Source: Verrucomicrobiia bacterium
GTDB lineage: Bacteria; Verrucomicrobiota; Verrucomicrobiia; Limisphaerales; UBA11358
DNA: 64,000 nt
Assembly (NCBI GenBank): GCA_036509895.1
Contig: DATCEV010000030.1
Coordinates: forward strand, 27,220 to 91,219
Reading direction: 5' to 3'
A program made the translations under genes and the position numbers. Shown piece by piece: positions 7,831 to 16,821 of the stretch; position 1 is the stretch's first letter; each line of letters opens with the position of its first letter. The notes under the pieces were generated by a model that saw only the letters and a list, made by a program, of their open reading frames with translations, did not search any database and was not told the DNA's origin.

Positions 7831-8898
7831 TTAAGAACTTTTCGCGGCGGCCAAACATTCATCCAAAACTTTTTGCGTTTGCAGCGCCCACATCGGCCAA
7901 TCTTCATTCAACTTGCCGGAAAAAATCTGCTTCGCAAAGTTGCGAAACATAATGGTCTCTTGCGCCGTTGGATGTCCCATATCCATCGGGCCAGCAACAC
8001 GCTCGTGATTTTTTGCTCCGGGAATTTGAACGCGAATTTCAGATTGATTGATTTCAAACGCGGGCGCGCGGGTATTGAAAGGATGCACAAAATCAGGCAT
8101 CCACAAATTCCCTTTTTCGCCAATGACGGAAATCCATTGCTGGCGCTGGGCAAGAAATGAACAATAAAAATTGGCGGAAACACCGTCGTCGAAAAAAAGT
8201 TCGGCGGAAAATTCCGTGGGCGCGGACAAGCGTCCGCTGGTCGCAGCCGATTGCGATAGAATTTTTCCGGTCACGGCGCGCGGCAACTTCCCCTTCATGG
8301 CCCACAAAATAAATCGGAGGCAATACCAGCCCAGATCGCCAAGACATCCGGCAGGTTCGAGCGCGCCATCGGTGCGGATATTGTTGCGGGAAAAATTTCC
8401 ACCGCCCAAAAAACTGAAGGCGGAAGAAATGCGCCTGATTTCGCCGACACTTTTGCCATCGTCCAAAAGTTTGCGGATTTTTGGCAGGCGCGCATTGTGC
8501 ATGAACATCACGCCGTCCATGAATTGCACGCGATTTTTTGTGCAAGCCGAAATCATTATTTCAAGATCGGCGGAATTTACCGCGCACGGTTTTTCGCAGA
8601 TGACGTGTTTGCCCGCTCGCGCCGCGCGCACGACCCATTCCTTGCGCAAACCTGTCGGCAACGGAATGTAAACTGCGTCAACATTTTTGGAGCCGAACAA
8701 TTCTTCGTAACTGCCGAGCGCGTCGGGGATTTTTCCAAAAGGAATTTCGCGCTGGCAATCGCCAATGAATTTGCGGCTTTTTTGCAAGTTGCGGCTGGCA
8801 ACGGCGGAAACGACACAATTGCCGGAATTAAAAATGGCCTTCCAATTTTTTTTGCCGATTCCGGCGGTGCTTAAAATTCCAATGCGTAGATTTTTCAT
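7831..8898 (-). CDS. Gfo/Idh/MocA family oxidoreductase
   Basis: N-terminal LRIGILSTAGIGKKNW Rossmann fold, EKP motif (ICEKPCA), 355 aa. Confidence 0.8.
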   Translation of the reverse strand: MKNLRIGILSTAGIGKKNWKAIFNSGNCVVSAVASRNLQKSRKFIGDCQREIPFGKIPDALGSYEELFGSKNVDAVYIPLPTGLRKEWVVRAARAGKHVICEKPCAVNSADLEIMISACTKNRVQFMDGVMFMHNARLPKIRKLLDDGKSVGEIRRISSAFSFLGGGNFSRNNIRTDGALEPAGCLGDLGWYCLRFILWAMKGKLPRAVTGKILSQSAATSGRLSAPTEFSAELFFDDGVSANFYCSFLAQRQQWISVIGEKGNLWMPDFVHPFNTRAPAFEINQSEIRVQIPGAKNHERVAGPMDMGHPTAQETIMFRNFAKQIFSGKLNEDWPMWALQTQKVLDECLAAAKSS

Positions 8899-8902
8899 AA
8901 AT

Positions 8903-9730
8903 TTATTTCGCCGCTTCGCGCACCCGTTCCAAAATCACCTCCGCCATTTCCGGCGCGCTGCCGACGGCGGGCGAATACCAAACCAGTTTTCCATTTTTTT
9001 CCGTCGGATTACGCCACGATGGTTGATTCGCGGCGAGACGTTTTTCGACAACGCTTTTCGCTTCGCCGAACAAAACCGGAATGTCTTCCTGCGTGTGCAA
9101 ACCGTCGCTGATAAAAAACGGAACGATGACCAGATTTTTGGTTTGCGCAATGGAATAGCATTCCGAAATGCGCGGAGATTCTTCAAGAAAAATCGCGTGA
9201 ACGTCAGCATAAATTTTTTGCGCGCGGATCAGTTCTATTTGCCGCTCGATGGCTTTTCGCGAACCCTCATTTTTCTCCGTGCCATGACCGGCAATAAAAA
9301 GTGTTATTTCAGAATTTTTTGGAAGGCGTGGAAATGGAAATTTTTGAACGACTTCCTTTGCGCGCGACAAAATGACTTTGGTCATGCTTTCGTGCGAGCC
9401 GACGGGTTTGCAGTAAAATAATTCTGAATTTTGAATTTTGAGTTTTAAGTTTTCTGGAAAAGCAAAACCGAGTTCGCGCGGAATTTTTTCCGCCGCAAAA
9501 AAACCTTCGCTGATAAAAAGCGGCGCGATAAAAATTCTGGGCGCGGAAATTTCGGCCAGCACTTTTTTGATTTGCGGTTCCTGTTTCCAAAAGGCTGCGC
9601 GAACTTCGCGGAAGATTTTTCGATGGCGCAATTCCGCGACGTGTTGCAAAACGGGCGCGGCGGAATTTTCATTGAGCGTCGTGCCGTGACCGAACACAAC
9701 AAGCGCGGCATCGGAAAAATTTTCGTTCAC
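8903..9730 (-). CDS. CbiX-type (sirohydrochlorin) chelatase-like protein, two-domain
   Basis: Two repeats of the CbiX signature (VVFGHGTTLNENSAAP and LFIAGHGTEKNEGS). The inter-domain linker contains a translated short tandem repeat (KLKIQNSE). Confidence 0.65.
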   Translation of the reverse strand: MNENFSDAALVVFGHGTTLNENSAAPVLQHVAELRHRKIFREVRAAFWKQEPQIKKVLAEISAPRIFIAPLFISEGFFAAEKIPRELGFAFPENLKLKIQNSELFYCKPVGSHESMTKVILSRAKEVVQKFPFPRLPKNSEITLFIAGHGTEKNEGSRKAIERQIELIRAQKIYADVHAIFLEESPRISECYSIAQTKNLVIVPFFISDGLHTQEDIPVLFGEAKSVVEKRLAANQPSWRNPTEKNGKLVWYSPAVGSAPEMAEVILERVREAAK

Positions 9731-9861
9731 GCTGAAAATTTAACCATGAAATCCGTGAAATATACAAAATCATTTCCACCCGCGCCGGCGCGCGAAGTTT
9801 TTACTTGAAACTTTTAAGAGATTCAGGCGTCTTACTGTGAAATTCGGCAGGCAAATTTATT

Positions 9862-10260
9862 ATGAAAAAAATTATTTTGATCACCGTGACCACATTTGGG
9901 GCAGCGATTTTGGCTTCGGCGCAAGACGCGACAAAATTACCGCCTGATTCGACGAAAACCGGCGTGACTTTCGCGACCGACATCAAGCCGGTTTTTGACG
10001 CGGCGTGCGTGAAGTGTCACGATAGCACAAAAAAACCAAAAGCTCATCTCGCGCTTGATTCGCTCGACGGCGTGCTCAAAGGCAGCAAAGACGGCAAAGT
10101 CGTCAAACCGGGTGACAGCGCGCACAGCGATTTGGTTTTGAGCATCGCGCATGTCGGCAATGACCCGGACACGTTCATGCCCAAAGGCAAAGGCGCGCAT
10201 AAATTGTCCGACGACCAAATTGGTTTGATTCGCGCGTGGATTGATCAGGGCGCGAAATAA
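9862..10260 (+). CDS. secreted mono-haem cytochrome c domain protein (planctomycete cytochrome C-like)
   Basis: Signal peptide MKKIILITVTTFGAAILASA; single CxxCH (CVKCH); C-terminal LIRAWIDQGA, as I recall for PSCyt1-type domains. Confidence 0.7.
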   Translation: MKKIILITVTTFGAAILASAQDATKLPPDSTKTGVTFATDIKPVFDAACVKCHDSTKKPKAHLALDSLDGVLKGSKDGKVVKPGDSAHSDLVLSIAHVGNDPDTFMPKGKGAHKLSDDQIGLIRAWIDQGAK

Positions 10261-10277
10261 ACCGTGGATTTCGCGGA

Positions 10278-12137
10278 TTATTTTTTAAAAATGGGCGAAC
10301 GTTTTTGTTCGCGGAGTTTTTGTTGTTCGCGCATCAACTCAATTTTTCCCACGTCAGAAATTTCCGGCTGATGCGTGCGTTGCGCCAGCGTGGCAATTTG
10401 ACGATCCAAAAATTGATTGCGCAATTTCAAAATCACGTCGGTCAATTGCAATTCCGGATTGGGAATTTTGCGATCTTCGGCGGCGGCTTCGGTAATTAAA
10501 CTTTGCAGTTCCGGCAATTTGCACTCGTCCAAAAACGCGGCGAGATTTTTCCACGTTTGTTTTTTTTGCGCGGCAAAGCGAAGCTCGAAAATTTCTTTCG
10601 CGCGCGGATTTGAAATCCAGTTTGTGTCTAAATGGAACGCGGCCTGCGCGACCAATTCATCGTGGTGTAAAAGCAGTTTGAGCAGATGAAATTCGTGCGG
10701 AGATGGACGCTCCATTTCAATTTCGGTCGTGGCTGTTTCAAATTCATTTTCAACAGACGCGATTTTTGCCGTCGGAATTTTTTTGAATTCAGCGCGGACT
10801 GCTTCCGGCGAAACGCCCAGGCGCAGAGCGGTTTTTTGCGCGTAAGTGTCAATCAAAACGGAGTTGCCGGTTTTGTGGACGGCTTCGGTCATCGCGCGCA
10901 AAATCGAAACGCGGCCTTTGTCGGAATTGATTTCGTTCGTGACGCAAAGACGACTCAAAAAATAATCGAAAAATCCGTCGGCGTTTTGAATCAGTTCGCG
11001 GAATTTTTCGCCGCCGAATTGTTTTATGAAACTGTCCGGGTCGTGCGGCGCGGGCACGAGGGCGACGCGCACGGCCAGACCGGACGCGAGCAAGTGGTCG
11101 AGCGAACGAACGGCGGCGTTTTGTCCGGCGGCGTCGGAATCGAAACACAAAACAACTTCGTTGGCGTAACGTTTCAAAATGCGCGCGTGCGATTCGGTGA
11201 ACGCGGTGCCTTGCGGCGCGACAATGTTTTGAATTCCGTTGGTGAAACACGAAATCAAATCGAGTTGGCCTTCGCAAATAATTGCAAATCCGGCGTCGAG
11301 AATTGCGCGTTTGGATTTATCGAGGCCGAAGAAAACTTTGCTCTTGGTGAAAATTGGCGTTTCGGGCGAGTTGACATATTTGGCGATTTTTTCGTCGCCG
11401 GATAAAACGCGTCCGCTGAAACCAACCACCCTGCCCTGCTCGTCGCAAATCGGAAACATGAGCCGTCCGCGAAAACGGTCGTAAAAATGCGTTGAAGCGT
11501 TGAAGCGTTGAAGCGTTGAAGCGTCTTCCGCATCTTCAACGTCTGACGTCTGACTTCTGACGTCTGACTTCTGAATAATCAAACCGGCTTTTTCGACGAG
11601 TTCGAGTTCGTAATTTTTACTTTTCGCCCAATTCACGGTGTCGTCCCAAAGTTCGGGCGCGGCGCCGAGGCGAAATAATTTTATGGCGTCGGCGTTCACG
11701 CCGCGTTTTTGCAAATAGTCGCGCGCGATTTTTCCGGCGGCTTCGTTGAGCAGACAATTTTGCCAGCGCTGTGTGATTTTTTCGTGAATTTCCAGAAGTT
11801 GATCTTTGAGATGGCGGGTTTCCTGCGCGGCGGGATTGTTTTCAAATTCGAGCGGAATTTTTGCGCGTTCCGCCAGCCGGCGCACGGCGTCCACGAAGCC
11901 GATGTTTTCGTAATCTTTGACGAAGGTAAAAACGTCGCCGCCTTTGTGGCAGCCGAAGCAATGAAAGATTTGCTTGTGCGGATTGACGTTGAAGCTGGGC
12001 GATTTTTCCTTGTGAAACGGACAGAGCGCGGTGAAATTCGCGCCGGCTTTTTTTAGCGGCAGATACGCGCCGATGACGTCCACGATGTCGCTGGCGGCGC
12101 GGATGCGTTCGAGGGTTGCGGGAGAAATTCCGGCCAT
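10278..12137 (-). CDS. dnaG: DNA primase
   Basis: Zinc ribbon CPFHKEKSPSFNVNPHKQIFHCFGCHKGGD, RNA-polymerase core YDRFRGRLMFPI, TOPRIM ICEGQLD / CFDSDAAGQ. Carries a repeat-encoded insertion (see findings). Confidence 0.95.
   Translation of the reverse strand: MAGISPATLERIRAASDIVDVIGAYLPLKKAGANFTALCPFHKEKSPSFNVNPHKQIFHCFGCHKGGDVFTFVKDYENIGFVDAVRRLAERAKIPLEFENNPAAQETRHLKDQLLEIHEKITQRWQNCLLNEAAGKIARDYLQKRGVNADAIKLFRLGAAPELWDDTVNWAKSKNYELELVEKAGLIIQKSDVRSQTSDVEDAEDASTLQRFNASTHFYDRFRGRLMFPICDEQGRVVGFSGRVLSGDEKIAKYVNSPETPIFTKSKVFFGLDKSKRAILDAGFAIICEGQLDLISCFTNGIQNIVAPQGTAFTESHARILKRYANEVVLCFDSDAAGQNAAVRSLDHLLASGLAVRVALVPAPHDPDSFIKQFGGEKFRELIQNADGFFDYFLSRLCVTNEINSDKGRVSILRAMTEAVHKTGNSVLIDTYAQKTALRLGVSPEAVRAEFKKIPTAKIASVENEFETATTEIEMERPSPHEFHLLKLLLHHDELVAQAAFHLDTNWISNPRAKEIFELRFAAQKKQTWKNLAAFLDECKLPELQSLITEAAAEDRKIPNPELQLTDVILKLRNQFLDRQIATLAQRTHQPEISDVGKIELMREQQKLREQKRSPIFKK
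11489..11574. repeat. tandem octamer (GTTGAAGC x4) + hairpin + GTCTGAC-type heptamer array inside dnaG
   Basis: gcgttgaagcgttgaagcgttgaagcgttgaagcgtcttccgcatcttcaacgtctgacgtctgacttctgacgtctgacttctga. Translated as SDVRSQTSDVEDAEDASTLQRFNAST. Confidence 0.85.
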
Positions 12138-12164
12138 GCGCGTTTCAGCGGCACGAGGCGCCGG

Positions 12165-12845
12165 TCATTTGCCGATGTGGATGATCGGCTGTTTTTGCGG
12201 CGCCGGTTTTCCCTGATCTGCGGGCGAACCGGTATTGATCAAAATCGGGTCGAGATATTTTTTAATGAACGAGCCGGTGAAAGAATTCTCGAAAACGGAT
12301 TGTTGAATGCCCTGGATGGTCGGAAAATAATCGCCGCTATAACCTTTCTCGCCGCCGCCATACCAGCGCGCGACATAAGCCTGATGCGCGCGAATGTCCG
12401 CCAGCGAATAAAATGGCGCGTTCAAGAGGGCGAGCGCAAAAAGCAAAATGCACGCGTAACGAATCAGGCCGGAAATCATCCCCAGATAATATTCGGAATG
12501 GCCAAAAAAATTGCTGCCGGTCAATCGCGGCATCAAGGGTTTTTTTATCATGGTGAAAATAATCCACACGACAAGAGTCAGCGCCAGATAAGCCGTGAGG
12601 TAAGCGGGCAATTTTTCCCAGCCCGAAAGATTGATGATCTCATCTCCGACAATTTCATAAACCAGCCCGGCGACGACCACAATCGAGATCCATTGAAACA
12701 GCGGGATGACTTCTTTGGTCATGCCGTTTTTGCGTCCGCGAAAAAGTCCGAAAACGAGGATCACCACCAGCGCCAAATCAAACCAGCCGACAGGCAGGTT
12801 GTCGAGCGACAGGGAATTTTTTGCCTGGGTTGCCGCAGCAATCAT
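12165..12845 (-). CDS. cvpA: CvpA (colicin V production) family membrane protein
   Basis: WFDLALVVILVFGLFRGRKNGMTKEV is typical of CvpA; 4-5 TM helices. Start set at the internal MIAAATQ; the track ORF extends to 12944 and would overlap the grpE promoter region. Confidence 0.7.
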   Translation of the reverse strand: MIAAATQAKNSLSLDNLPVGWFDLALVVILVFGLFRGRKNGMTKEVIPLFQWISIVVVAGLVYEIVGDEIINLSGWEKLPAYLTAYLALTLVVWIIFTMIKKPLMPRLTGSNFFGHSEYYLGMISGLIRYACILLFALALLNAPFYSLADIRAHQAYVARWYGGGEKGYSGDYFPTIQGIQQSVFENSFTGSFIKKYLDPILINTGSPADQGKPAPQKQPIIHIGK

Positions 12846-12985
12846 GGGGACAAAATTATGGGTAAGGCCGCCGGAAAGCGAGCCAAATTTAATAAAAACG
12901 CGCGGCGGCGGAAAGTTGCGGGTTGCTGGATTTTGGCGAATCATTTAGACTGCGGGACTTGAAATCGTTTTATGCGGACTTATTC

Positions 12986-13543
12986 ATGAATAAAAAAGAA
13001 AAAAAAGAACCGGCGGAAACTGAAACGGCGGCGGCGGAAATGATGCCGGAACCATTGGCGGAACTTCAAAGCCAGGCGGCCAAAGCGGAGGAAAATTGGG
13101 AGCGCTTGTTGCGCGTGACCGCTGATTTTGAAAATTTCAAAAAACGCGCGGCGCGGGAAAAAACTGAATCCGCGCACAATGCTTCCGCCGCGTTGCTGCA
13201 TAAATTGCTGCCGATCCTGGACAATTTTGAGATGGCGCTGGCCGCCGCGCAAATGGCGCAAGGCGACAAGCTCGCGTCGTTGCAAACGGGCGTGGCGATG
13301 ATCCAGCAGCAACTCAAAGGCGTTCTGGCCGAAAGCGGCTTGGAGGAATTGGACGCGGATGGCAAGTTGTTCGACCCGACGTTTCACGAAGCGGTTTCAC
13401 AATTGGAAACGAGCGAAGCGCCCGAAGGCCATGTCGTCCAGCAATTGCGCAAGGGTTATAAATTGCGCGAGCGGTTGTTGCGCCCGGCCAGCGTCGTGGT
13501 CGCAAAAAAACCGGCGGAAAAATCCGACGGACAAGCGAATTGA
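12986..13543 (+). CDS. grpE: nucleotide exchange factor GrpE
   Basis: RVTADFENFKKRAAREK, LLPILDNFE, FDPTFHEAV. Start at MNKKEKK (ATG 12986). Confidence 0.9.
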   Translation: MNKKEKKEPAETETAAAEMMPEPLAELQSQAAKAEENWERLLRVTADFENFKKRAAREKTESAHNASAALLHKLLPILDNFEMALAAAQMAQGDKLASLQTGVAMIQQQLKGVLAESGLEELDADGKLFDPTFHEAVSQLETSEAPEGHVVQQLRKGYKLRERLLRPASVVVAKKPAEKSDGQAN

Positions 13544-13544
13544 A

Positions 13545-14702
13545 TCATATTTTCACGGCGCAGTTCTTTATGGCATGGAATTGGCGCAAGGCGATGTAAG
13601 GATCAATGTGCATGAGCAAAAAATGCGCCCAGCGATGCTCCCAACGCCGCCAGAAGGTCTGGGATTTTTGCCATTCGAGCAATTCGATCCGCCGGCTTTG
13701 TTTCAGCACGCATTGAAAAACGTTGCGCGCGTCCGCCGCCGTATCCGCATCATCAAGCCGCAACATCAGTTCGTAGTTCAGATTCAAGCTGCGCATGTCG
13801 AGATTGGAGGAGCCGACGTAAGTGATGCCGTCCACGATGATGAGTTTCGCGTGCAGAATCTGCGGCTGATATTCATAAATTTCCACGCCGGCTTTTAAAA
13901 GCCGGTGATAAAAACTGCGCGCGGCCAGTTGCGAAACCAGCACGTCGGTTTTGCCGGCGAGAATCAATTGCACGCGGGCACCGTGCCGCGCGGCATGAAT
14001 CAAAAGCCGCCGCAGTTTTCGCGTGGGCAAAAAATAGGCGATGATGATCCGCAGGTCGCGCGCTTTCGTCAAATCATGATACAATGCTTTTTGAAAGGGA
14101 CTGGCGCCGCGTCCCGGATGCGTGAGGAGCAATTCTCCCGCCGATTTTTTTTGCAATTTGCGGCGGCGTTTGTAGGCGCGCAATCGCAGGAGCGGTTTGC
14201 GCCGGAAATCCGCGAGCACAAATAATTCGTCAAAGGTCGCCGCCAAAGTCGCGAGCAGCGCGGGATTTTCGATCTTCACTCCCAGATCGCACCAGCCGCA
14301 AGTCACGCCGTCGCCGTCATATTCGTCGGAGATATTGAATCCACCGATGAAAGCCACGCGGTCGTCGCAAAGCAAAATTTTACGATGGTCGCGGACGCCG
14401 AAACGCCAGATGCGGAGCGGATTGAAGAGGCGCATTTCTCCGCCGGCCTGAACCAGTGGTTTGAAAAAATCGCCCGGCAACAGCCACGAACCCATCGCGT
14501 CCAGTAACACGCTGACGCGCACGCCGCGTCTGGCCGCCGCGAGCAGCGCCACAAAAAATTGACGGCCCAATTTGTCGTCGGAATAAATGTAAGTTTCCAG
14601 CCGGATGGATTTTTCGGCTTTATTGATGACTTCCAGCATCGCCGGAAAAATGTCGTGGCCGGTGCAAAGCCATTCCAGCTTTGAAAAGTTGGGTTCGGAC
14701 AT
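13545..14702 (-). CDS. phospholipase D / cardiolipin synthase family protein (ClsB-like)
   Basis: Two HKD motifs: DHRKILLCDD and LHAKLIIVDG...GSSNLD. Confidence 0.85.
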   Translation of the reverse strand: MSEPNFSKLEWLCTGHDIFPAMLEVINKAEKSIRLETYIYSDDKLGRQFFVALLAAARRGVRVSVLLDAMGSWLLPGDFFKPLVQAGGEMRLFNPLRIWRFGVRDHRKILLCDDRVAFIGGFNISDEYDGDGVTCGWCDLGVKIENPALLATLAATFDELFVLADFRRKPLLRLRAYKRRRKLQKKSAGELLLTHPGRGASPFQKALYHDLTKARDLRIIIAYFLPTRKLRRLLIHAARHGARVQLILAGKTDVLVSQLAARSFYHRLLKAGVEIYEYQPQILHAKLIIVDGITYVGSSNLDMRSLNLNYELMLRLDDADTAADARNVFQCVLKQSRRIELLEWQKSQTFWRRWEHRWAHFLLMHIDPYIALRQFHAIKNCAVKI

Positions 14703-14746
14703 GCTTTGAGCGTAGCCGGGAAATTTCCGGGTAGCAATCCGCGCCG

Positions 14747-16426
14747 TCAGTCATCTTTGTCCTCGTGTTTGTCCTTGTAATCTTTCCAAAGGATGACGAG
14801 CACGAGCCATGCGCTGCCGGCGAGGGCGATCAGGAAAAAAATCATGGCGATGCCGGGATAACCGAAAAGCTCGAACGAAGAACTGATTTGCATCATCAAC
14901 GCCGCGCCGACGATCAGCGCGGCGAGCAGAATGCCGGTGGTGACGCGATTGGCGATTTTTTCAAAGCCGTGGAGCAAATGTCGCGCGTCGGGAGTTTTGA
15001 CGTTTATTTCCAGATTGGAATTGCCGACGGTGTCCAAAATTTTATTCACGCGTCCGGGCAGTCCGCCGACAAAATCCTTCATTTCCAGAAAGGTTCCGAA
15101 CAAATGACCGGGCGAAGCGGATTTGCGCATCCGTGTCGTCATGATTTCGGCGACGTTCCGGCGCACGGAAGCGTTGGGATTGAAATCGGGACATAAAATT
15201 TTTCCGATTTCTTCGAGTTGCAGCAAAGTTTTTCCGAGCAACGTCAATTCAGTCGGGACGTGCAGGCCGGTGCGCGCGGCGGTGCGCGAAACTTCCATCA
15301 ACGTTTTGCCGACGTTTTCCCGGTTCAAAGTCTGGTCGCGTTGTTCGGAAACGAAGTCGTTTATTTTTTTGGTGAATTCCTCTTCGTCAAAATCCTTCGT
15401 GGTTTCACTGATGCGAAAAATAATTTTCACCGCTTCGTCGCCATTGCCTTCGCTGATGGCCAGCAGCAGGCGCAATAAATTCTCCTGCATGGCCGAACTC
15501 AAACGTCCGGTCATGCCCAAGTCCAGCAGCGCAATGCGGCCATCGTCCGTGAGAAAAATGTTGCCCGGATGCGGATCCGCGTGAAAAAAACCGTCAATCA
15601 AAACCTGTTTCAGATAAGCCTGGAACAATTCCTCGGCCAACGCCTCGCCGTTGATGTCCAGTTGCGCGATGGGACTTAACGCCGTGATTTTTGTGCCGCT
15701 GACATAATCCATCGTCAAAACGCTGCGCGAACTGTAATCCAAAACGGGCAGCGGAACGTGAATGTGCGGAAACTCTTTCAGGTTATTGGCAAGCGTGGTC
15801 AGGTTGGAAGCTTCGCGTTGATAATCGAGTTCCTGCAAAATGGAAGTTTTGAACTCGGCGAGCACTTTTCCAAAACGATAACGCCGGCCAATGTCCGTGT
15901 GTTCGTCAAAAAACGCCGCGATTTCCTCAAGCACTTCAAAATCTTCGGCGATTTGTTTGCGGATGTCCGGGCGCTGGACTTTCACGACGACCGGACGCCC
16001 GTCGCGCAACGCGGCGCGATGCACCTGGCCGAGCGACGCGGCGGCCATGTGCTTTTCTTCAAAATAAGCGAACGCCTTTGAAATGCGGATGCCCAATTCG
16101 CTGCTGATGATTTCTTCGACCTGCTCGTAAGGAAACGGTTTGACTTTGTCCTGCAAACGCGCGAGCGCTTTCAGATAAGGTTCGGGCAAAAGATCGGCGC
16201 GGCTGGAAAGCAACTGGCCGAATTTTACAAACGTCGGTCCCATTTTTTCCAGATCGTCGGCCAGTTCTTCCGGCGCGGGCTGGCCGGGTTGGACGGGCAA
16301 AATTTCTTTTTCATTCGCGTCATCCTGCGCGAATTCCTTTGCCAAATCCGACGCGCCATACTTCAAAAAAAGCATGGCGATGTCTTTGTAGCGTTTTAGA
16401 TGATGCGGTTTTAGAGATAATTTCAT
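14747..16426 (-). CDS. ABC1/UbiB family atypical kinase with C-terminal TM helices
   Basis: [27 protein letters not shown]; 559 aa. Confidence 0.85.
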   Translation of the reverse strand: MKLSLKPHHLKRYKDIAMLFLKYGASDLAKEFAQDDANEKEILPVQPGQPAPEELADDLEKMGPTFVKFGQLLSSRADLLPEPYLKALARLQDKVKPFPYEQVEEIISSELGIRISKAFAYFEEKHMAAASLGQVHRAALRDGRPVVVKVQRPDIRKQIAEDFEVLEEIAAFFDEHTDIGRRYRFGKVLAEFKTSILQELDYQREASNLTTLANNLKEFPHIHVPLPVLDYSSRSVLTMDYVSGTKITALSPIAQLDINGEALAEELFQAYLKQVLIDGFFHADPHPGNIFLTDDGRIALLDLGMTGRLSSAMQENLLRLLLAISEGNGDEAVKIIFRISETTKDFDEEEFTKKINDFVSEQRDQTLNRENVGKTLMEVSRTAARTGLHVPTELTLLGKTLLQLEEIGKILCPDFNPNASVRRNVAEIMTTRMRKSASPGHLFGTFLEMKDFVGGLPGRVNKILDTVGNSNLEINVKTPDARHLLHGFEKIANRVTTGILLAALIVGAALMMQISSSFELFGYPGIAMIFFLIALAGSAWLVLVILWKDYKDKHEDKDD

Positions 16427-16731
16427 TCGCTTGATTCAACTGATTTTTGGAAATGGCATTTTTACTTAATATACCTGTCGCTTTCCTTTAGCTTAACACT
16501 TGCCAAGCGATTTGGATTCAAAACGGCGCGACCACCCCCTAAATTTTCCAACGCTTCGCTTCTCACGCAGACAATTCAAGACGGGCACGGCTTTGGCAAT
16601 GAAATTAACTTTTATTTTGTTCAATGCGGTTTGCAGGAAATGTCCGGTTAAAAATGCAAATTGCACAAAGGTTATTGCCAGACTTTTCTAAAAGTTCAAA
16701 ACTTTTTTTCTATGTCCAGCCAACCTTCTCA

Positions 16732-16746
16732 TGGCACATTGATTGC
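16732..16746 (+). promoter_or_regulatory. candidate sigma-54 (-24/-12) promoter TGGCACattgaTTGC
   Basis: Exact GG-N10-GC spacing with TGGCAC and TTGC cores. Intergenic, 75 nt upstream of the ATG at 16822, correct orientation. Confidence 0.55.
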
Positions 16747-16821
16747 GAAGGAAAATCATTGAATGGAAAATCTGGAATTTTTATCCCGCCAAAATTTTAA
16801 TGAATCATCCCCAAGGCACCC

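Noticed and set aside
11489-11574. CRISPR-like appearance of the short tandem repeats (also 48443-48529 and 51353-51387)
   Set aside because: The units are 7-8 nt, contiguous and without spacers, and they lie inside ORFs. No cas genes are present.
16550-16620. Possible c-di-GMP (GEMM-I) riboswitch in the cgs leader (CACGCAGACAA...GGGCACGGC)
   Set aside because: Only a superficial CACGCA resemblance. The conserved GGGCAAACC / ACGCAAAGCC cores and the P1/P2 helices are absent.
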